From Rhodosorus marinus CCMP1338 (lineage: Eukaryota; Plantae; Rhodophyta): a stretch of 64,000 nucleotides of DNA. This document shows, piece by piece, positions 38,143 through 50,507 of this stretch (its first letter is position 1; each line of letters starts with the position of its first letter). The notes under the pieces are model-generated. The model saw nothing but the letters and a program-made list of their open reading frames with translations, did no database searches and was not told the DNA's origin. Where the stretch lies: positions 1,736,001-1,800,000 of the forward strand of contig JAMWBK010000005.1 of assembly GCA_029953675.1 (NCBI GenBank). Direction: 5' to 3'. The position numbers were made by a program, and so were the translations under genes.

Positions 38143-38903
38143 TGATGCCTACATACCCGAAACCATCACCTCCGAACAGATCACACACAAACCTCTGCTT
38201 GTGCTTCATACGCAGTTCTCTGCATCCAGCCAAAAAAAAAATGTAGGAAGCCGGGGAAGCAGTACTAAAACCTCCAAACTACCTTCTCAGTCCAACCCCG
38301 CAGACCTTCCCCCTCCTCGAATAGGCGTTCACCAACGGCCAAGAATTTGATCCTCGGCTGAGGGTATGGACATAGTTGTTGGTCTGCTAAAGCAGGCGCA
38401 TCGTAATTCAAAACCAGTTCAGACACCCATCCAGGCTTTCCTAAGGAGTCGAGGCAGAGCCTTGACCACCCCAGAACTTCCCCACCGCGGATCGGAGAGA
38501 AGAAGTCGCTATGGTGGTCGTTGGCGATGCTGTGTACCACACAAGGACTCAAAACTGCGTCAGGCCAGTTTCCACTGACAATAACCTCTACAGTCTCCTA
38601 CTGACTTGAGCCGCCATAGCCACCATCCCCAGTCTAGCAACTGCGGCAAAGGAACTGCGGCAAAGCCGAAGTTGCCAGACCGGGACGAGGCATTGCTGCA
38701 CCGGTCCGGTGCGGCCCGGCCTGGCCCGGCCTGGCCGTTGCAACTGCGGAGTGCAATAAGCAGCAATAAGAGGAATGTGTATATTAGTAGGGAAAGGAAT
38801 GGGGATTTTATGTTTGGCTGTATGTTTGAGGATGAGGTGTAATGAATGGTTAGTAGAGTGAAAGAGTATTTATGTATATTTGAGGAATGATCAGAGAGGA
38901 GAG

Positions 38904-41292
38904 ATGGATGAGGAGGAATTTATAGGAACGATTCGGGAGGATGACTTTGGGGTGTCGGAGTCTGAGGAGACTGCGGGTGAGGAGGAGGATGAGAAGGGTG
39001 GTGAGGTTAAGGATGGATTTTTTGATGGAATGTGGGGGTCTGGATTACGTTCTGGACAGACCAGACAGTATGCGTGGGATCTTCAGTCTGCAATTAATGC
39101 AGCACGGCCATTGGAAGGGTTCAGAACGTCTGTTGAGGATAAGATCCTTCGACGGAGGGAGATTTTACAAGTGTCTCCAGAAAAAGACAGGAATTCTGGC
39201 TCAGGTGATGAGGAGAGCGCTGAAGAGAACAACCATTCGGATGCGGAGGAAGATGCTGAAGATGGAGGACCAAAGCATTCTGCCGAGGAAGCAGCGCCAG
39301 ATGGTGGCGAAGACGAAGCTGATTTGAAATCAGGCGGTGACTCGGACGAAGAGCTGGATGAGGAGCCTGACCAAGTCGAAGATGAAGATGTACTGCGGGA
39401 AACCAAGCCTTCAAAGCGGAAGAAGAAAGAAAAGACAGTGGATTTCGACAGTATGAAACTCTCAAGACCTCTTCGGAAGGCCATCCACACTTTGGACTGG
39501 GAGAGGGCCACCCCCATTCAGTCCAGGACGATACCCCTCGTGCTAGCGGGTCGCGATGTGTGCGGATCGGCGGTCACTGGATCCGGGAAAACTGCAGCGT
39601 TCGTCCTGCCTGTGCTGGAGAGGCTTCTTCACGGCGAACCGGGAAGGTCGTCTTCAGTAAGGGTACTGATTCTCCTCCCTACCAGGGAGCTTGCTGTACA
39701 ATGCCACTCTGTCGTCACGTCACTGGCTCAGTTTACCTCAATTAGGGCAGGATTGGCGGTGGGAGGGCTCTCCAACAAAGCCCAGGAGGCCGCACTGCGC
39801 AGCCGTCCGGATATCCTTGTCGCCACGCCTGGAAGGCTGATTGACCATATACGAAACGCTCAAGGATTCAGCCTTGAAGATGTTGAGATCTTGATCATGG
39901 ACGAGGCCGACCGACTGTTGGAAATGGGTTTCAAAGACGAGGTTGAAGAAATCGTACGGTACTGTCCAATCGGTGGTCGACAAAGCCTGCTGTTCAGTGC
40001 GACAATGACCTCCCAAGTTCAGTGGCTGGTGAATCTATCGCTGCGCGACCCTGCCAAAGTAAGCGTGGACTCAAAGTTCGACGTCGCTGAGAAACTCTCG
40101 CAAGAGTTCGTACGAATCCGGAACAAGGCTGAGGTTTACCGAGACGCCGTTCTGCTGGCACTGGTTTCCAGGTCGTTCAAGACAAAGACGATTGTATTCT
40201 TCTCTCAGAAGCATGTCGCTCATCGCTTTCGGATTATCTTCGGTCTCGCTGGGCTTTCCGCGGCGGAACTACACGGAAACTTGACTCAAGCCCAACGACT
40301 TACGGCACTTCAGCAGTTTAGGGACTCGGCAGTGGATTTTTTGCTGTGTACAGACCTCGCTGCACGGGGACTTGACATCATCGGAGTGAATACAGTTATC
40401 AACTTTGAAATGCCCAGAACAATGACAGAGTACGTCCATCGCGTCGGGAGAACTGCGCGAGCTGGAAAGGAAGGAAAGGCGGTAAGTGAGTTGCCTAAGT
40501 CCAAGAAAACACATTCTCAGATGAGCGCCCGATTGCTTGTCCCCCTTAAGTTTTGAGGGCTGTCCGTTTGCCAAAGCAAAATCCGCTAGGCGTACGCACG
40601 TCTCCTTGTACTCACCCTCACTCGTTTTGTAGGTGAGCCTCGTTGTTGAAAACGAGAGAAAATTGCTTCGGGAAATTCATCGCAAAGCGAGGGACCAGCT
40701 CACCAGCCGCAAAGTGCCAAGCAAGGTGATTGAAGGGTGGATTGATAAGATTAAGCGCATGTCGAATGATGTCGAGGCTGTAATGAAGGAGGAAAGACGG
40801 GAGAAGGAGATCCGGTTGGCAGACGTCGAAATCCAAAAGGTAAGCGACGCAGTGGTGAATTTACGAAATTGTCAATAGCTGGACACGCGAGCTGAGCTTG
40901 TACTGATGTCACTCAAATTCTCGCGTTGCCTCTTCCAATTTCAGGCTGAAAACATGCTTACGCACGAAAAGGAGATCTATTCAAGACCGAAGAGAACCTG
41001 GTTTCAGACAAGCTCACAGAAGCAGGAGGTGAAAGTGAAAACCCGCAGAGGATCAGATACAGTTGAAAAGGTGGAAAAGCTCGGCCGTGGTGATAGGAAG
41101 AGGCAGAAGATTGAAAAAGCGAGAAAGGAAGCCAAAAAGCGACAAACGAACGAGATGGAGAAGGAAAGGAGTCACGCTCAGATGCTTGCGAAACGAGCAA
41201 GAAAGCAGGAGCAGCGCAAGCGAAAATCAGCTGAAAGTGCGACAGCTGCATTAGGAGCCGTGCAAGGCCAAAAGCGAAAACGTAAGGGATAA
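38904..41292 (+). CDS. DDX27: DEAD-box RNA helicase DDX27/Drs1 (60S biogenesis); introns 40482-40632 and 40840-40944
   Basis: Acidic N-terminus, GSAVTGSGKT, PTRELA, TPGRL, DEAD, SAT, HRVGRTARAG, and the Drs1-type C-terminal EIYSRPKRTWFQT. Confidence 0.93.
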
Positions 41293-41799
41293 ATGTTTTT
41301 TTGGCACCGGTGCAGGTGAGCTCGGAGCGGCTCTGAGCTTCCCATTTTGCACGCTATTGGTATCGGATGTATTTTAAGAGTGCCATCGGTTCACTGTACC
41401 ATTCTCAACTCTAAAATCTAACTTGAAAAGTATTCTCATCGAAACGCAAAAGGCGTGATCCGATGAAACGTAATCCACGTCGTTCAGAAACCCGATGCGG
41501 AGATTGAGCGGAATAAGATAATGGTACCTCCCGCCCCTTCTCCCAGCGCATTGAGTGAGTTCCTACGCGGTAGAATAATATGTTATTTATTTCCCTTACT
41601 TCCAACCGCCAGTCCAGATTGCCAGGTTCAATTCTATAAAACACGTTCGTACATACTTGGGCGATTCCCTCAAGTCGGCATTTGCCCATGAACAGCGCGG
41701 CATGTTCGCTTGTTGTGCCCTTTTGCTTGACACATGGAACACGTAACCGAATCTCCCACATGGAGCGTGCGCGCCTGCTTCTTATTCTCTGCTTCTGCA

Positions 41800-43565
41800 T
41801 CTGCGCGCCTGTTGCTCTGAAACATGGTGGTTGCAACCCGTCCAAGTCTTCACATTCTCCGGCTACATCTACTGGTACCACCGTTGCCTCGCAGGCTTCG
41901 GACATGGTATGTTTCGTTCATAAAAGAAGTCGGGTCAACTTGCATTTCTTCAATACAAGCAGCGGCATGTGGACATGGAAACCTGAGGATTTGGAACTCT
42001 CCGCAGGTGCAAGTTCCCTCCATGAGGGACACGAGTCTTTCCCCCGCATCTTCTACAACCTTGATGTTGCCGCCCCCAAACTCTTCAAGTCGTTGAACAC
42101 GAATCGTCCGAATCCTTTGTTGAAAGGTTTGCATAACAGCGTCCGGTACTTTCTGTTCCATTGCTCGACACTCGACCTGTCGCTTATATGTCGATACACC
42201 AACATACTGGACGAATCTTGAGATGATCGTCAGGTGACCCCTCTCTCTGTTTCCCTCGAGAATCCTATTCAGCTCCTCTGCGCCAAGGTTCGTCACTTTG
42301 CCGTACCTGGAAGACCAGTGGAGAAAGTCAGGCAACACAGTTCATCGTCCACCTCCGGCCGCCCGTGTGGCGCCGTCAATGGGGCCTTGCATAACCTTGA
42401 ATTTTTGGCCATCGATGTAGCCCATCTGTCTGGGTCAAGGCTACACAAAATGTTGTGGCTGTCAGAGGATTCCCGACATCGCGGCGTGATAACCCTCCTC
42501 GTTGAAGGACGCTGCCGCTTTCAACAGATTCGATTTAGGAAAGTTCATCCTCCTCTTCTGTATTGTCTGCTCCAAATGCTTCACGCAAAGGGCGTCCTTC
42601 AGCCAGGCAAACCAATTTTAAAACATCGTTGGACAGCAGTCTTAGTACCCCTTCCTGTCCTTGTGGAGGAAAGTTCGGCGGAACAGCATACCTGTACACT
42701 CGGAAGAATCGCACGGATTGCTTGTGGGAGTCCCTGATCTCGACTGTGGATGATAGTATCAATTCTGGAAGCCAGGTCTGGAATAGCAGCGAGAAGCTCC
42801 TGAAGGAACCATTTCCAGTTCTCTTCATCCTCAACAGAACATATTCCGATCGCTATGGGGACGAGCTGGTCCGACCGTCTTGGGCAGTAACTCCCAAAAC
42901 GACCCCTTTGTATCGAGAAAGAAGCTGACTTCCACCGGCGTAGAAATATGGTCGCACGTACTTGATCGCGTTGGTACCCGTCGGGAGGTATAAAAACAGA
43001 CTAGAGAAGGTGTTTCCCGCGGTCGTCTCCATCCTGGAGTATGTCCCTGGATTTCGTTGCGTGATAACGTTCAGGTAGCTGGCCAGCTTCTGAAAGGAAT
43101 GGTCTTCCTCCTGCTCTGTGGTATTTTTGATCAACTCGAGAGCTTTTAAAGCCTGCCGGTATGTAACCATCAACCCGAGGTTCTCTTCCATTGCTTCCAT
43201 GACATCCTTGGGTCTGGCGTTGTCATAGACGACAGAAGCCTCCTTCCCTCTTGGACAACGAGAGTAAGAGCAACGCTCGCCTCCGATCTGCAGTACGGGT
43301 CATGCGGGATTGCAACCTTACATCGATAAAGCCCTGATATTTTCGACCACGGAATGAATATCCTGAAGGGACACCCCCCTCCTTTCTTTCTCTCAGGGCA
43401 CTTGAAACTCAACACACTCCCAGGTTCCCTTCGATCTACGTAGTACGCAATCCTTTCGCGACTGCAGAGCTCCTCCACGGCCCGTTTCGCCTCTTCAATC
43501 CGAAAAAATTCCCTGCCCACGAATCGGTCCATCTCAACTGCTCGCTCAGATAACCCCCATCTCAT
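41800..43565 (-). mobile_element. Decayed Mutator-like (MULE/MuDR) transposase, frameshifted; no TIRs found
   Basis: In minus-strand order: MuDR-type Zn finger (FKC..GCPFRI..H..C), MULE core (YKGVVLGVTAQDG/QLVPIAIG..EDEENWKWFL..IIHSRDQGL), TNLGAEELN and SWIM finger CTCGEFQILRFPCPHA, spread over at least four frames. Confidence 0.9.
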
Positions 43566-44831
43566 CCTTTCTCTGGTGGATGCCTTCTACTAGTATCTTC
43601 GGTTTTCCTCGCCATACTCGAAAATGCTTGAAGCCAATGCCAAACAATCTCTTTCAAGACAAGAGGAGCCACTAGCTACCCCCCGCTCCAGCCCTAGCTC
43701 GCCCAAACCTCATCGCTGAACAACACTGCCTCCTACTTCGTACTAAGAGCGTTTTTGCGTGGGTAGGGAGTATACGCGGCACACCCTCTCCCTCCTGAAT
43801 GGTGCTGATTTCAACGGTTTTGAGGCTCCAAGCGCCCACCCTGCTAGGTCATATCGGCGATTCTAACCGCCCTCCGTACCCAACAGCCGTCTGCTTGCGA
43901 ACTTCATCGCGGCCGGTGCAGCGTCGAGAGCGTAGTTCTCCCTTCTCGGGGTTGTTAGCGCTCCAATAAATGTCTTGGGTGCAAGGGTTAAAAATGACAA
44001 ATTACGCAACAGATTTGAAACGACAGGCTTTCAGTTCCTTCTCTACCCGATGTCCTCAAGCCCCCCCGCTCAATTGTCCCTTAGGCTTATAGTTTCCTTG
44101 AGACAGATCGGTTTCCGAAGGCTTAGGACAACCATCCTAGTGTGTGCGATTCTACTCCGTGCTGCTTCTCTGGACGCTTGGCTAGTACAGGCTCTTTTCA
44201 ATTTACGTAGTATGCAGTTCTTCAGCGCCCTTAAGGATTGCTTTTGGCCTGTGTATATCAAAAAGTTTTGTCCCCTTTCGTCCATCTCCATCTCAACGCC
44301 ACTGGTTCCGCGCCAGGGTAGTAACTCTAGGAAGTCACTACTGCACAAGGAGCTTTGATAGGTGAATTTAACTTCTAGCTCAGTGTCCAGATGTGCCGAA
44401 CGCGGAGGTCCAAGAGTTTTTGTTTCTAAAACCATCTCGTGATTCCTGTATGAACAAAAAATCCTCAAAGTATGGTTTGGTTGATGGAGCGAACAAGCTC
44501 ACTCCGGATGCTCGGGATGCCCCGGATGCGGACGCTCCGGACGAGGGTGCCATCGCACTCAGAACTCCTGTTAGACACCCTGAGGTTCCTCTTCATAGTG
44601 TTGCCTTACAGTCCTGTGTGCATCCATAGCCCGTGGATTCGCCGTTGCTCGGGTCAGCTCAGCTGCTATTCATTGCGATTAGGAGGATTTTGAGTATCGC
44701 AGTAAGGAATCTCAAAAGGCGCCGCTGTGAATTCCGTTCATTTCCATCGACATGGCCGCTATCAGCACCGATTCTTCTCCAAACCCCTCTCAAACGTCCT
44801 CAGTGTTCAACCAACACTTGAGCCTGCATTT

Positions 44832-45087
44832 GTGAATGTGAAATATAACCAGCTGCGTACAAAACTGATACTAACATCAAAATAATATCTATAATATATA
44901 TATACCCGATTCGTGAATGTGAACAAACTTCTGATGAGCTTTTAGTTCATAATTCACGAAAGAAAATATATGTGAATGAGAATATTGAGGTTCGGAGCTC
45001 TGTTTGCCAAAATATATTTTAAACATGACAAACGATGGTTTTGTGAATGTGAACGTTGTAGGCGCTGGAAGTCTTATTCATATTCAT
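44832..45087. promoter_or_regulatory. Cluster of RTGAATRTGAA motifs upstream of POT1
   Basis: GTGAATGTGAA at 44832, 44913 and 45043; GTGAATGAGAA at 44972; inverted variants at 44946-44957 and 45077-45087. Confidence 0.55.
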
Positions 45088-45204
45088 ACTTTGGTGTTGT
45101 TGGGAACGGGCTTATGGAGGAGAGGTGAGGAGGGACGGGTTGGGAGAGACCTTTGGGATCTAAGGATTATGAAAGTTGTGGAATGAGGACGAAGAGGGGA
45201 TATC

Positions 45205-46914
45205 ATGATCTTAAGGAAGAAACGGAAGGAGTTTTTGCCTTTGGAAGGAAGAATTTTGGACACCAAGTACTCGTATTCGAAGCTGAAGGAGCTATGGGAG
45301 GAGGTTGAGCTTGTTTCGGTTTCGGATTCTGTGAGGGAGAACTCGAATAGAGAGGATGGAGGGGTTGTATCGATAACTGTAGGGATTCCTGGTGATCCTC
45401 ATTGGGAGAACAAATCCAAGAAGTCCTGGTGGCGGAAAATTGAGGCCTTGGGTGAGGACTCGGGCTCTTGCGGTGATGGAAATGGACGACGTACACTACG
45501 GACAGAAGCTTCGTATGGACAGGCTGCTGTGATACGCGAAGGTGAAGGAATGAGTAATCTGTTAGAGATCTATACAGACGCATCCGCTGGAGATGTAGCT
45601 GTGCGGGAGCCAGAGGTTTCATTTCAATCCGCCTCGCTCTTTACAGCAGACCATACTTCAGATATACGGGGTGGAGAGGACCCCGGAAGTATTGCGCCTA
45701 CTGGAACATATCATGGGCTCCGTGGTTCCGAAAGTATTCCAGGACCAGTCGCAGAATCCCGCTCACACAAATTCCCCCGTTTTCCTCGGTGGAGTCAAAA
45801 CGACGAGGCAGGCAAGTCCAGCACTTTGCATCGACGTTTCTAGGAAGAGCCGTGAACGTATTTCTGGCAAAATTGTTCGCTCCTGCTTACCAGTGAATAT
45901 GTTGTATGGTAAACAGGCGTTTCGAAGAAGCGGTCTTACCACATTTACGGTATTGTTGTTGACGCTCGAGCCGGTCATGAGCAATTGCTTTCCTCCGGCG
46001 TACCAACCCATTCGTGGCATAGTACCCTGCTTATAGCTGATGAGGACACTCAGAGCCTAGGCGATTGCCTTCGTATTGATCATTACGTCAACAACAAGGA
46101 GGAGCTCCTACCTGTCCGGTCAACTGGAGATATCATACGTCTCCATAGGGTTCACGTCCGACGGGTTAGCGATACTAGACGAAAGCGCGATGTACTGCAA
46201 GGGAGATCGTACAAGTACTCATCATCGATCCTGTTCTCCCCTGACATGAACGATGGATTTGTACCCGTGAGAGCCGTTGGCGCAAAATGCAACCGGCACC
46301 ATTTCCGCGGTTCAGACAGAGCCCGAGTTCGAGAGCTGCGGAAGTACATCCACTCAAAAGGAGCCCCAAGCTGGGCTCTTCGGGGAGTCGCGGACTTTGC
46401 AATTGTGAAGCAACCCACGCCATTTCCAACCAGCTTTGTCTGTGTCGTTGACCAGTTTGAGAAAATCGATGACGACCGTTATGCACTGACGATTCGACCT
46501 AGGGCTGTTGACGCTTCGATACCGCACTTGGCATCATCCCGACTTCAAGTGAGCAGCCAGCAGCTCACCAAGCCTCTACTACCCAAACTGCCATGCGTAG
46601 CTGTGATACATGAATACGGCACTCCTCAAGCAGTCAAAGATTACGTCAGGAGACTCACAACAGTGCTATGGATTCACCCGGCTACCACGACCTCCACTGG
46701 TGACCAGCGTGATGAGACACCCGCCTTAGAAATGCGACCTATCTTGGAGCTGACTACTATCCAGTTTACGGAGGATTACGCAGTCAGAGAAGAACAGGAA
46801 CGGGCCCAGAGGAAAGCCCGTGTGGAGGCAAAGCTCGCCACGCTGGCCAAACAATTGCCTAGGAGAACCAGGTTCCTTGCCGGAGACGTACAAGATGCCG
46901 TCCTGCATTACTGA
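45205..46914 (+). CDS. POT1: POT1-like telomere ssDNA-binding OB-fold protein with long N-terminal extension; probable GC-AG intron 45812-45916; 3' end uncertain
   Basis: OB1 signature YHIYGIVVD...STLLIADED...LLPVRSTGDIIRLHRV...F..SDRARVRELRKY. The upstream ORF joins in phase 1 via CAG|GCAAGT..AAACAG|. Confidence 0.82.
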
Positions 46915-48050
46915 GACCAAGAACGCAGCCTCCCCCCGACGCCTCCGTTTTGTAAGTAAAACGTATTTAAGAACTGATCTCCGAAGTATCAGTGGACGAA
47001 TTCTGCGCGGGGTTACCGCATCTGCCGCGGCAGCAGATTGGCGATGTCGCCTGAAGAGCAATGCTTTGTTGCATGGACAAATTCCACCCCTTGCTTCGCA
47101 GTCAAGCCAGCATGATTCGTCCGGCACCGATTGTGGGGCAGTCCCACGCAGTTGCCCACAGGGGATGTTAAGTCATCTGCTGTGCGAGACAGAGCGCTGC
47201 ATTCACCTAATGGAGAATACATTGCCGCGTGGCGATGCTGCAATACACACATAGCTGCATTCTTTTGCGTAGTCGTAGATCTGGTGTTTTTATTCACGAA
47301 CAACCCAATCGAGCTGGTCCTCTAGCTGCTTCTCGAGCTCCTCTAAAGGGGACGCAACTGGTACAGACTGAGAACCACAGGCGCTGCGTCGCCCTTGTGT
47401 CGAGGGTAAACAGTCCTCCCCTCGCACAATACGTCCAGTAAGAACCTTCCGCACTTAACTTCGTTGAGCAAGGCCGAGCCAGGTCTCTCTTCTTCCTCAC
47501 CCACTAACGGCACCTGCAGTAGCTGCAGTAGTGGCGGGGGGGGGGGGAGAGGGAGACTTAGTTACCTATACTCAAAGTTGTTACTAGCCTAGAAACAATC
47601 CATCAGGAACGAAACTTGAGGCAGCGAAGAGCGTCAGCGAACCAGTTGGCCATAGAGAAGCTCTCTCTCCAGCGGAAACAGTCGTTCTTTCACGTTTGGA
47701 GGGGGATGCATGTTTCTAAAACTCAGGTCATGAGGTTTTCAGACACCGGGCTTTGAGAAAAAGCATTGCTTGACGCGAACCAGAAAGGGGGCTCGTTGAG
47801 TAGACCTTCACCTTCGTAAAGGAGTGAATGGGAAAGGATGCTTTGCCTGGATGCCGCTGTCAGTGGGCTGAAGAAAGTAGAAGTTGTTCTTCCTGTTCAA
47901 CAGGAAATCGAAGGCTTGGGTTTGTTTTCTTGTTCTACTGGTTTGAGGAGCTTTGGAAGCTTTTGGTTCGGTTCGCTAGGCAACCGTCGAGGATGTGAGT
48001 TCGTGCATTGACGGTGGGAATATTTCGAGAAGCTTTTACACAGAAATGGA

Positions 48051-49300
48051 ATGGTTAACGATAACATGAGAGTTTGGATAATTCTGTGGATACTTTGGGT
48101 TGTGGGCGTGTTGGGGGAAGATACTGTCCATGAGCACGATAAGGTTCTGGAAAGAGTTGAGACGTTGCTGTCCACGTTGGATGAGAGGAAGCACGAGGTG
48201 AGCGAGCTTACGAGGAAGAAGGTTGAGTTGTCAAAGTGGCTGGAGAAGGATAATACGACTTCTCGAACGGAGGAAAAGTTGAGAGCGTCTGTCGGAGCTG
48301 TTCACGCGAAAGAGGTCATTGATGAAGGCCGTGTTGAACTTCACGACTTGGAGCGGAGATTATCGGAGCTGGAATTAGCGAAGAAACGGCAGGAGCAGCT
48401 GTTGATAAGATTGGTCGACCGAGTTCACGTGAGTGCTTTCCTTCTCTACGGGGGCGAGGGTCCTTTCGCTAAGCACGGTCGTGTGTGTGTCTATAGGAGG
48501 CGCTTGAAAATGTGGAACAAAACAATGGGAAAACCAACTGGGTTGCCGTCAATATGGTTTTGCAGTATCTTTCTATAAGGTTTTCGGGAGTTGACCAGCA
48601 TGTAATTCCCAAGCGAAGAGGAGCAGAAGACCTCCTCCATCAGAACGTCTCGAAAGTGGATAGCAGTGAGTTCTTTCACGACCAAAACGTTTGATCGTTG
48701 CAACCCGCGGTGTAACGCATAGTACCCTCGATCTACGCGCAAGCCTTAGCCTCGCTCCTCAACAGCCACTGCTCTTTTCACGGCTTGTTTATTTTTTCAG
48801 TAAGTGGACAGCTGTCGGATCATTTGACCGCAGAAATGAGAAAAAGGATTCACTGGAAAGCGCAGAAATCGCCTTCAATGAGACCGGCGTTATACTTTCT
48901 CTTGTTCATACCAATCTTGAGTGTTACTGTGGCCGCAATTGTCCTCGTTGAGACGAGCATGAGATTCACGGGTTCTCACTTGGTCCTATTGGGGTCTATC
49001 TATCTGCTTATAGTCTTTGTCGGATTCTCGCTGAGTTCGCTGATACTGCACTCGGAGATGAACGTGTTCCTCATGCTGCACCACGCAAAGTTGTTGCTCC
49101 TCATGATCATCAGTTTCGGCGTGGTGGTGGGCATCGTGGGCTTGCAGGCGTTTGTCACCAACGAATTGAAGCAGACATCGCAGTTTTTCGCGCTGCTGTC
49201 AATAGCTGTACATTACTGTTTATGCGCATGGAGACCCCTCTACTCGAACAGTATGAACCTTTACATCCTAACCCCCAAGTTTCAGCCTGCACTTGCTTAG
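48051..49300 (+). CDS. Signal peptide + coiled coil + multi-pass TM protein of unknown function; introns 48429-48496 and 48666-48722
   Basis: Two GTGAGT..AG introns join three ORFs in phase. Hydrophobic N-terminal leader, heptad-rich middle, and several C-terminal hydrophobic helices. Confidence 0.7.
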
Positions 49301-49458
49301 CGGTCTAGCATTGCTTGTACTCTTCGGCAACCAGGACCACCAAGGATGTATATTTCGTATTACCTTATCTATGAGTCGATTTTGTGCGCTGTAATCTATG
49401 AGAATTCTAGGGGACTCGGATTGAGTCGCAAACTAGACAAATTTTTGGAGCATTGGGA

Positions 49459-49915
49459 ATGGGTTGGGAAGACCGAAGACGGAGACGGCTGGCCTCAGCC
49501 CATCGTCATCGTAAGGAGGCCTCGTCCTCGATTTGAAGGGGCGCCAACAATGACTTGCCGTTGCATCCATGCATGTTCCGAGGAGACTGACAGTTCCTTT
49601 GTTTTGCTTTCCTTCCATTGATTTGAGGTCCAGATTTTTCATTTCGTAGCTCAACTGCGGAGAAAGGCCGGATGGAAATTATCTGGAAATAAAGGCGGTG
49701 GCGGGGTGTACAGACCAGTTCTTCCGGTAGCCCCACCAGATAGAAGCTTTGTTGAGTTTGTTTCAGATCAGTACGATTGCCAATTTTTTGATATATCTCC
49801 TGTCTTCCTCCGTCGTAAACAGGTGAAAACACTCGATGCTTGGAACGATTCAGGCAGCGACGGGGACGTCCCAACAACACACCACAGACGGCGAAGGAGA
49901 AAAGCTACTAGCTGA
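49459..49915 (+). CDS. Small Arg-rich hypothetical protein; join(49459..49510,49650..49915)
   Basis: A GTAAGG..CGTAG intron joins in phase 1 to give MGWEDRRRRRLASAHRHPQLRRK...HHRRRRRKATS*. No family recognised. Confidence 0.35.
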
Positions 49916-50146
49916 AAGTTGCTGTACGTAGGTAGCGTTCGTTCCTAAATGTTTACGATAAACAGATGCAGAGGTTTACAGGATATCTAGAAACAGTATT
50001 TTCCACACGGAGAGTTCACCATTCCGGGGACTTTCCGAGATTGTCTGGAGGTCGTACTGCGGAGATGTGTGTCCTTCCGAGGGTCAGAAACTCCGCGCAG
50101 TCTCATCATCATGCCACCACAATCTTTACTTTAGCTCTCGGAGTCT

Positions 50147-50507
50147 GCATCCTGGCTTGTGCCTGCTATGCTGTCACCCGCGTACGTTTCTGCTGAGGAG
50201 GCTCCGGGAGGTTGTAGGGGAGCTCCGCATGCGGGTTGTCTTCTGCAGCATCCATCAACGGTAACCTCGGAGAGCGCGGAACCCTCTGCGCCTGCAGCAG
50301 CTGCGAACGCAGACACAGCAGCCTCGTCCCCTCCAGGGGTCGCACAAGCAGACCGTGGGGGCGTCGACGGTGACTCCAGCGCGACGCCCGGTTACCGTTG
50401 ATGGATGCTGCAGAGGACAACCCGCATGCGGAGCTCCCCTACAACCTCCCGGAGCCTCCTCAGCAAGAACGTACGCGGGTGAGAAAAGCAGGCACAAGCA
50501 AGGATGC
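50147..50507. repeat. Long inverted repeat: arms 50147-50266 and 50390-50507, 123-nt spacer
   Basis: The inner about 86 nt of the arms differ at one position. The outer part has a few substitutions and a 2-nt indel. Confidence 0.95.

Noticed and set aside
44070-44468. 132-aa minus-strand ORF next to the MULE
   Set aside because: It has no ATG-led model that splices in phase and no similarity I recognise. It cannot be assigned to the transposon or to a gene.
47290-47513. Possible minus-strand exon ending PLEELEKQLEDQLDWVVRE*, converging on POT1
   Set aside because: It needs an unexplained frame change and has no recognisable start or family. Not supportable as a gene call.
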